Source: Octopus sinensis (lineage: Eukaryota). Taken from it: 64,000 nt of DNA. Shown piece after piece: positions 55,640-64,000 of this stretch; position 1 is the first letter of the stretch; the number at the start of each line of letters is the position of its first letter. A model generated the notes under the pieces. That model did no database searches. It saw only the letters and a list, made by a program, of their open reading frames with translations, and was not told the origin of the DNA. The stretch is from the NCBI RefSeq assembly GCF_006345805.1, contig NC_042999.1, forward strand, positions 146,010,001 to 146,074,000, written 5' to 3'. A program made the position numbers and the translations under genes.

Positions 55640-55884
55640 AAAACACAAGCACCATCCGAACGTGGCCGATGCCAGACCCCTCTGGCACCTGTGCAGGTGG
55701 CACGTAAAAAACAAACACCCACTACACTCTCGGAGTGGTTGGCGTTAGGAGGGCATCCAGCTGTAGAAACACTGCCAGACTAGACTGGAGCCTGGGGCAG
55801 TCCCGAGCTCTCCACCCCGGTCGAAACCGTCCAACCCGTGCTAGCGCGGAAAACGGACGTTAAACGATGATGATGATGATGATG
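55640..55884 (+). mobile_element. RTE 3' UTR remnant
   Basis: gcaccatccgaacgtggcc...gtggcacgtaaaa...ggacgttaaacgatgatgatgatg. Confidence 0.85.
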
Positions 55885-56045
55885 ATATATGTGTATATAT
55901 GTGTATATATGTATATGTATGTATATATGTATATATATATGTATATGTATATATGTATATGTATGTATATGTATATATATGTATATGTATGTATATGTAT
56001 ATATATGTATATATATGTATATATATATATATGTATATATATATA
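55885..56045. repeat. TA/TG-rich microsatellite
   Basis: Direct reading. Confidence 0.9.
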
Positions 56046-56319
56046 TTTAAAATTTGTAAGTGTAAATTATTTAAATAACTTTTAAAATTTTAACTTTAAT
56101 TTAAATATTTTAATTTGGAATTTTATATTTTTTATATTCATATTTTATATTTTTTTAATTAATTTTTTTTTGTGTTGGCTTATGATTTTCAATGTTTGAT
56201 TTGCCTAATAGTGGTTTTATCTCTAATTTAATATAATATATACTTATACTATAAAATTGGATTTAATCCTAAATCTAATTTTTCCCTGTAAGTTTGGATT
56301 TATTCCCTAATATTATTAT

Positions 56320-56362
<43 letters not shown>

Positions 56363-56721
56363 TTTTGGCATAATGACCATCCTGAGATACATCAAAATAG
56401 GTCAACACAAGATCACATAAAAAATCTTACAAACCAAATACAAGAATGAAATACTCTAAAGCAATCTCCTGTTGTATTTCCCCAAGCCTTTACTTGGTTG
56501 AGAAATCAGCATTTCAATGTTAATGACATGTTATTACAATAACTTGATGTATGATGATGTGCTTGCAATAGATTATATAGTTGATTGCTTATACACTCAC
56601 TCTTACCGCCTTTACGTGTTTAATACCACTTTTATTAACTTTCAAGAAATGCATTCTGAATTGGATTATAGGATGATGTAATTAAGTATTGCTTTACATT
56701 TATTTATTTATTTTCTTAAAT

Positions 56722-57000
56722 AGCAGGCATGGTTGTATGGTTAGGAAGCTTGCTTCTCAACCACATGGTTTCAGGTTCAGTTACACTCCATGGCACCTTG
56801 GGCAAGTGCCTTGGGTGAACCGACGCCTTTTAATTGAATTTGGTTGATGGAATCTCCTGCTGTATGTATATGTGTATGTGAGAAAGTGTTTGTGTCTCCT
56901 TTAATAAATAGGAGGGAAAATATTACCTTGCTTAGAAACAGATGGGGGTTGGCATCAGGAAGGGCATCCAGCAGTAAAAAACTTGCCACTCAAATAATCA
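56722..57000 (+). mobile_element. CORE-type SINE, diverged
   Basis: gcaggcatggttgtatggttaggaagcttgc...ggttcagttacac...ggcaccttgggcaagtg. Confidence 0.75.
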
Positions 57001-57149
57001 AAGGAGAAAGTCTTAGTGACTCTCTTCAGATCCTCCGTGATTGGTGGAACGAAGTGGGGGAAGTTATCTTCAGATTGAAGACCTAAACCAAAAGCTTGGA
57101 ACAGAATGGACTCCAGTAAAAGCATTGCAATGTAACAATATTTGTTTCT

Positions 57150-57370
57150 GCTAAGGTAGTGAGCTGGCAGAAATGTTAGCATGCCAGGCGAAATTCTTAA
57201 GTGTTTTTTCTATCCTTACATTCTGTGTTCAAATTCCTCCGAGGTTGACTTTGCCTTTCATCCTTTCAAGGTTGATAAATTAAATACCAGTTGCATACTG
57301 GGGTCAATCTAATCGATTTGCCCCTCCCCAAAAGTTTTGAGCCTTGTGCCTAGAGTAGAAAAGAATATTT
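57150..57370 (+). mobile_element. tRNA-derived SINE, gtcgac-core family
   Basis: gagctggcagaaatgttagc...ttcaaattcctccgaggttgactttgcctttcatcc. Confidence 0.8.
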
Positions 57371-57907
57371 GTTTCTACTACTCCACTGCTCTTACCATAT
57401 ATGTCAACTAAACAATGTTTCTGTTGCCTTACTATAGTTGCCGGCTGTATAGTTGCCCGCTGTATAGTTACTATAGTTGCCCGCTGTATAGCATCTCTTA
57501 ACACTTTTTTGGACTGAACCATCAGAATACAATATGTATTTTAGTAATGGATGCTATAAACTCTAGCAACACAGCAACGAACACTTTTTACAATTAGTCA
57601 TTTATAAAAAGAAGAAAGAACATTTCTCAGCATGAATGTTTTTGCTCTTTTGGTTAATCCTAAAGCCAACAGAAAGCTGAATTGGCCCTACTAACCAATT
57701 GGCACAATTTTCTTATTAATCACAGATGGGCTGATAGGTTAAAGACTTGAGCGAACATGCTAATCTGATGGGATTTGAAACCCTAATGCAGGAAGAAGAA
57801 ACTAAATAATTTCTTTGTACTTTTCTGCCGTTACACACAATTCAACAACATCTGTAAAAATAATTTAGGTTTGTGCATTAAAACATGTTACAACTGGCAA
57901 CAATGGC

Positions 57908-57939
<32 letters not shown>

Positions 57940-59491
57940 TTTCATACACACACAGTCATATATGATATATATGTATATGTGTGTGTGCATGTGTGTGTAT
58001 ATGTATGTTTTCATACACACACACATATATGATATATATACGTATAGGTGTGTGTGTGCGCATGTGTGTGCATGCATTTATCAGAAAGAAGGAAAAGATA
58101 ATTATCCCTCAATTGGTGTAAACAACAGTTTCCATTTCAGGTTTGGAAACGCTGAATAATGTTATGCTTGTGCAGCAAACACTTTCATCCCATCGTCTCA
58201 ATCTAAACCAATCTTTGTCACAACAACATCAGTAAATAAAAGAAGTAAGAAACTTGGAAAAAATATTCAAACATTGTTTTGTAAAAATTACACAGAAACT
58301 TTATAGGTAGTTGATACAAAATAATTTCACAAGTTTGTTTGCAGAGTTGAATTCTGTTTCAGTTAAATACATTTTGTTCTGGTATTAATGATGGTAGTTT
58401 TGCCCACTGTGACTTGAGGCGAATATTTCGTTGCCATTGTCGTTCATGTCTGAAATAAGTAGACAGATGGAATATTTAATAACAAGGCTACACAATTTCA
58501 AATTATACCATACAGCAAATACATTAGCGGAAAATATGAAGTGGTCACACTTCTTCAAAAAGTTTGTGAGGATTGATCATCAATGTTTGCATGAATGACC
58601 AAACTGACATGTTCAATTACAACAGCAGTAGATATTTACTTAGAAGTAGTTCTTATCACTATGTACAAATTAACGGCTTTCCAAAGAGTATATTGCCAGA
58701 CACAAATTTTAATAAAATGTTCTGTATGTGTGCAGTTAATAAAGAGTTTGGAAAACACCAAAGACACAATATAAATATTAAAAGGTAGAATTAACAAACA
58801 TTAGAGATGTATGATAAGATAAAAGTGAAGATCTTGAAAGTATTGTCCACAATAGCTAGTGTTTTGACAAAGATAAGGACTATTTAACCAGGTCAAGTTA
58901 TAGCAAAGCATCTCAATGCTTTTTAATTTGAAATTGCTGTCCATGTTTGTGTTGGAACCCGAAGTTGTTCTAAACACAACTGAGTAAGTGTAAGAGTCTT
59001 TATATATGTGTAATATGTGCTTAATATAGAAATACATGTACAAGGAGTTTCTTTCTGGAAATGTCTAAAATGTAAATAAGACAAAATATCAGTGAAGGAC
59101 CCTGCAAGATATTTCAAGTTACTTTTTGAGATTTCACTGAAAATTCTTTCTAGAATATTTAATCAAATTCCTCAGAAAAATGAAAAGCTTGTTTCTAAAC
59201 AGGAACACCACAATGAGAAATCATAAATAGCACGTAGTATTATATAGTTGTTTCCAAGTGCATGAGATAACAGATAATAGCCACTGCAACTAATCCTAAT
59301 CTGATTTATACTATGTTAAAATCAAGCTTATGCAACAAATGAACATGTCTTGTTTGTTAAATGTGGACTTCAACGCTAATCACATATATAATAAGGCTAA
59401 ATTTGCTTTTTTCTGTTTATGAAATAACAGTGTATGATATTAATATAAGATATCCTACACTATTATTTTCTTTTGCTGATGGCCACATCTA

Positions 59492-59692
59492 CAAGGCGTT
59501 GCTGAAAAGTTCCTGGCTTTAAGAGTATTGCAAAAAGCTTGGTTGGAGGAGCAAACTGCCGAGTTCTTTTACAGGGCTTAGAAAAAACTGAAGGACCACC
59601 GACTCTGAGAAGGGAATACATTGAATAAAATAAAGTAACTGATTCTGTATTTTCTTATACCCAAAAACCAGGAACTTTTCAGCATCTCCTAT
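59492..59692. mobile_element. Mariner-type MITE
   Basis: TA|caaggcgttgctgaaaagttcctgg ... ccaggaacttttcagcatctcct. Confidence 0.75.
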
Positions 59693-59904
59693 GTTAGCTA
59701 CTGTTTCTCTATGAAAACCATACAATTGGTTATAGTTGTATTGGGGATCACATGATGCCAGTTATACACAATCTGATATGATTCATGAGCATTTGGATTG
59801 TCAATTCATTTCATACAATTCTAATCTTGATTCCAAACTATAACACACATTGTGATTAATATTTTGAAATTTTAATTTTTAAATTTTATAGTCATCATCC
59901 TTGC

Positions 59905-60350
59905 CTGTAGGTGTAGCTGTGAGGTAAATAGTTTGCTTTCTACTCACATGGTTTTAGATTCAGCCCCACTTCATGGCACCTTGGGCAAGTGTCCCCTACT
60001 ATAGCCTCAAGGCAATCACTGCTTTGTGTGTGGATTTGGTAGATAGAAACTGGAAGCTTCTTGTGTGTGTGTATGTGTGTCTGTCTGTCTATACACATAC
60101 ATATATACACATATTTATATACATACAACACACACACACACACACAAACTTTTAGATAGATAGACAGACGTGTGTTTTGATTGTTTCCTTGCCTTGACAT
60201 CATGAGATAGTTGTAAACAAGTGCCACCATCATGTGAGCAGTGTCCTTCATTTCTTTCATAAAAATATGTCTGGTCATGGGAAAATATCATTTTGCCTAG
60301 AAATAGGAGAGAGTTAATGGCAAGGGCATTCAACCATAGAAAATTCACCT
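59905..60350 (+). mobile_element. CORE-type SINE, diverged, with internal microsatellite
   Basis: gtaggtgtagctgtgaggtaa...ttcagccccacttcatggcaccttgggcaagtgtc...gatttggtagatagaaactg. Confidence 0.7.
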
Positions 60351-60398
60351 CCACATTATACAGTTGAATCCATGTAGGCATGAAAAAGTAGAGGTTAA

Positions 60399-62872
60399 CA
60401 CGTTGCCTGCCACAGGATAGTGATATGATCTGTTTCTATTTGCCAAAAGGGTTTTATTAACTTTCTCAAATCAGAAAGCTGAAATATTTTGTGTGATGGT
60501 ATATAGATACATAATACATGTACGTACACTACAATGATGTGATATGAGTTATCTTGTAGCAATGCAAAGTGCTCAGATTGATTTGCTATGAAGGCTTTGA
60601 GGGTATGTTATTTATTATTTGACTGTATTTTTATTGTATAATGTTTTATTTTTTCAGATTTATAAAGAACTATTAAAAATTTCAGATTTATAAAGAATTA
60701 TTAAAAATTTTGAGCCTCTCCAATGAAAAAATTGCTGGAATGCTTCAGGAACTCAAGGAAATGAACTATTGGAAGGTGATATCTTAGAGACTGAGAGTGA
60801 ATACTCAGATGCTTTGGATAAAAATTATGTAGCTTATACCAGTGGAAGTAATGCCAGTGACGCCAATTGTACTGACGAAGATGAACAATTAGTTGCTCAA
60901 GGTTATAAGAGACAATGCAGTTCTCTTGCACCAACTGCACCAAGTTCTCAGCACCAACTGCATTGACATCTAATACTTGGTCAAATGCAGTGACAAATCC
61001 ACCTAATTTTCTCTTCATCGCAACTCCAGGACTGAAGATTCAACTCAACACTAACACTATAGAAGTTATCGACCAATTCCTGACAGATGAATTTTGGACT
61101 GTATTAGTTGAGGAAACTAATGCTTATGTTATACAGATATTAAATCAACAGCAAGGTCTTGTATGAAGATCATCTCAGTTCAAAGAGTGGCACACAACAA
61201 ATGTGACAGAAATGTAGTGTTTCTTTGGCCTGATGTTACAAATGGGTACATGTCCCAAACCATCTGTAGAATGTTATTGGTCCACTAACATTTTATACAA
61301 ATCTCCTCTTTTTCCTTCTGTAATGAGCCAGAATCGTTTTCAGTTGCTGCTCCAATTTCTTCATTTTTCAAACAAGAAAGAAGATAATGGTGATAATTAG
61401 CATAAAATAAATCCCATTTTTAGATATTTCAATAATATTATGAAAGAATTATAAATCCCAGAGAGAGGAGTTTGTACTCATGAGTCCATGGTACTTTGGC
61501 ATGGTCAGTTAGTATTTCGCCAGTACATAAAGAACAAGAGATATAAGTATGGAGTAAAGTTGTATGAACTGTGTGAATCAAGTGGTATTTTTCAAAAAAT
61601 TCTCATCTATTCAGGAAAGTAAGACACTCCAACTGGCATCTTGGGGCATTCAGGTCAAGTTGTGCTTAGTCTGATGGATGAGTTCCTTGATAAAGGTTAT
61701 ATTCTGTACACAGATAATTACTACAGCTCTGTTCCTTTGACAAAAGCAATGTCGCAGCGATCTACATATATATATGTGGAACTCTAGGTTTACCCAAAAA
61801 GACAACCTCAAGGATTTGGTAAAAAAGAAGTTGAAGAAAGGAGAGTCAGAATAGATAAGATCAAATGAAGTAGTTGTGTGCAAATGGAAAGACAAGAGAG
61901 ACTTATTGACAATTAGTAATATGTACCAAGTGGAAATGGTAGATGTGATAAATCAAAGAAGCCCAATATTGGAAGAGATTATAACAATGGTACGTCAGGA
62001 GTAGATAGATCAGATCAAATACTTTCCTATTATTCTTGTCCTCAGAAACACTCCATTGGTACAAGAAAATTGGTCTACACATCTTTGAAATTCTCATCCA
62101 TGATGCCCATAAGTTGTATTGCAAAGTAGAAAACACTCAAATGAAACTTGTAAAGTTTAGAGATAATGTAGTGCTGCATGTGCTTGGTGAACATAAATGG
62201 AAAGAAACTCCAGTTCCAAGAGTAGAAGATTTTCACTACTTGGAAGCAATTCCACCTACAGAAAAGAAACAATGGCCAACCAAACCATTCAGGGTGTGTA
62301 GATGAAAGAAACTTCATAAAGAAACTAGGTACGTTTATTCTGCATTATAGATATTCTGTCTATAATTTTTTGAATAAACATGTTTTCTTTTATTTCAATT
62401 TAGTTAGGAAAGGAATAAAAATTGGTTCCAATTATAAGCTTCAATAACAAAATATTTTTCAGTAATCTTTCTGTATGTATTTTTTTTTACATTCATTTTA
62501 TTACTTTATGCTCAATTTTTGAGTTTATAGTGTATTTCAATTTAGAGAAATTAAACTTTTATATGCTATTACAACCCAAATGTAAAAAATTGCAATAAAT
62601 GATAAAGGAAATATTTTTTCTTATACCTGATATATATATAGATGTTTTACCATATATATTTCCTGGCAGGTACCATGATATGAGTTAACTCATATCATTG
62701 GGCAAATAAAGGGTGTCTTTAGTGTTTCCACAACACACTCACAATGTTAGTTCCAGATGCCAGTTCATTTTAAGCGCGTTACAATAAAATAGACCTCTAC
62801 GAGTATGCTCGTACCTGGCAAAATTGCATAGATTGCCAACTACAAGATAACTCATAGTTGGCAGTCAACGTG
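60399..62872 (+). mobile_element. Full-length but inactivated piggyBac (PGBD4-like transposase)
   Basis: TTAA (60395-60398)|CACGTTGCCTGCCA ... TGGCAGTCAACGTG|TTAA (62873-62876). Transposase remnants LVEETNAY, MSQNRF..LLQFLHF, HESMVLWHG, YIKNKRYKYGVKLY, YTDNYYSS, KWKDKR, SGVDRSDQ, with several stops and frameshifts. Confidence 0.95.
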
Positions 62873-62924
62873 TTAAACTGATTATGATAATGATGACAAT
62901 GACTCTTACATACTAACAGTGAAG

Positions 62925-63110
62925 AAGGTGGTGAGCTGGTAGAATTGTTAGCATGCTGGGCAAAATGCTTAGCATTTTGTTTGTCTTTATGTTCTGAGTT
63001 CAATTCCTGCTACAGTCGAATTTGTCTTTCATCCTTTTGGGGTCAATAAAATAAGTATTAGTTGAGAACTGGGGGTCAATATAATTGACTTGCCCATTCC
63101 CCCAATCTTT
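62925..63110 (+). mobile_element. tRNA-derived SINE, gtcgac-core family, diverged
   Basis: ggtggtgagctggtagaattgttagc...gagttcaattcc...tttcatccttttggggtcaat. Confidence 0.75.
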
Positions 63111-63754
63111 GAACCATATTAGCAGTGGAGGATTATATATGCACAGTATGAGTGCTCTAATTTTATTGTTAACCAGTCAACTGTAGAAGGAAAGGAACCT
63201 GTTTTGGCCCATTAGAGAGAAACTGAATCATGCAGAGTTACTTATGTGTATTTCACCTTCAGGGTAGGTGGACAACAAAAGGTGTAAAGTTTGTAGTAGG
63301 AAGAGTTCAACACCTGCTGGTGTATATATGAAGTTCAACACCTTATGTAATGTTTTCTAAAGAAATTAATTGGGTCTACACAACAACATTGCTGACAAGA
63401 AGAAAAGATACAAGTCTTCATAATCTAGAGATTTGGGGTTAGATTTGTAATACAAGCAGAAGTTGCCTATGTTGGTGTTGTGAAATGAAGTAGAGACTAA
63501 GGATTGAAATAGGGACCTTTCATTGAAAAACGTGTTGTAGAGGGCTGTATATGGTACTAAACAGAATGTGAAAAGTGATGAGAGAGAGAGAGAGAAATAA
63601 TAGAATGTAAAAAATTAGAAGTGAGGGGCAAGTGACAAGAGACAAGGCAGTTCAGAGTATGGTAGAAGGAACAATGGAAATAGGTGAAAAGAAAACAATT
63701 GAAAGACAACCAAAAGGATAAAAATAACATCAATGCACTGAAAGAATGGCATAC

Positions 63755-64000
63755 CTTGTCTTCAGGATATTTTCTAGTAAAGATTCCAGTGAAGTTTCAA
63801 CAACAAAAGAAGTAGCCATGTGAGTATTGGTTTCTTTGTAGAATGTTTCCAATATTGGAATTGTATCCAGTCGGAATTTGAAGAAAGAAGTATTTTCATC
63901 TGTATGAATGCCATTAGCATCATCAAAGGAAGCTGTGAACGAAAGCAAAATAATTGTATTGAAAACATTGACATCCAACTTGATACTAGATTTTCTAGTA
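63755..64000 (-). CDS. Candidate internal coding exon of an unidentified gene, truncated by the window edge
   Basis: Stop-free frame TRKSSIKLDVNVFNTIILLSF...ESLLENILKT from the window end to donor ACAAG|GTATGC (gcatac at 63749-63754 on +). No recognisable TE motif. Confidence 0.4.

Noticed and set aside
55052-55707. Pro/His-rich ORFs
   Set aside because: Products of the C-rich minisatellite and the RTE 3' UTR, with frames shifting between units.
58300-59150. Hydrophobic minus-strand frames vaguely like a GPCR pseudogene
   Set aside because: Several stops and frameshifts and no convincing diagnostic motifs. AT-rich DNA readily yields I/L/F-rich peptides.

Overview
AT-rich, repeat-saturated eukaryotic DNA, most likely from an octopus. 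This is an inference from its tRNA-derived SINE families, RTE LINEs ending in (GAT)n, and dense (TA)n/(TATG)n/(GATA)n microsatellites. Host-gene content is small. Three minus-strand exons (23663-23734, 19384-19417, 11430-11498) splice in frame into a signal peptide plus a Cys-rich WBP1/VOPP1/Shisa-like ectodomain, and one more open exon runs off the right edge (63755-64000). The rest is mobile DNA: RTE, CR1 and R4-like LINE pieces, a decayed Helitron with Rep/PIF1 helicase, non-autonomous Helitrons, a mariner, a full-length dead piggyBac, hAT/piggyBac/mariner MITEs and many SINEs. A ~6.6 kb inverted duplication (35824-42430 vs 47893-54537) ends exactly at a 100-N gap and may be an assembly artefact. 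The most notable observations are (1) a ~600 bp fragment of an unidentified host protein-coding sequence inside the mariner transposase, (2) an RTE-like LINE insertion with a twin-priming 5' inversion and an 11-bp TSD, (3) hints that one SINE inserts at a GGTAYTTCG motif present in its own body, and (4) a PHD-type zinc finger inside the RTE RT region. Element boundaries were read by eye and, unless stated exactly, are approximate. No database searches were run.
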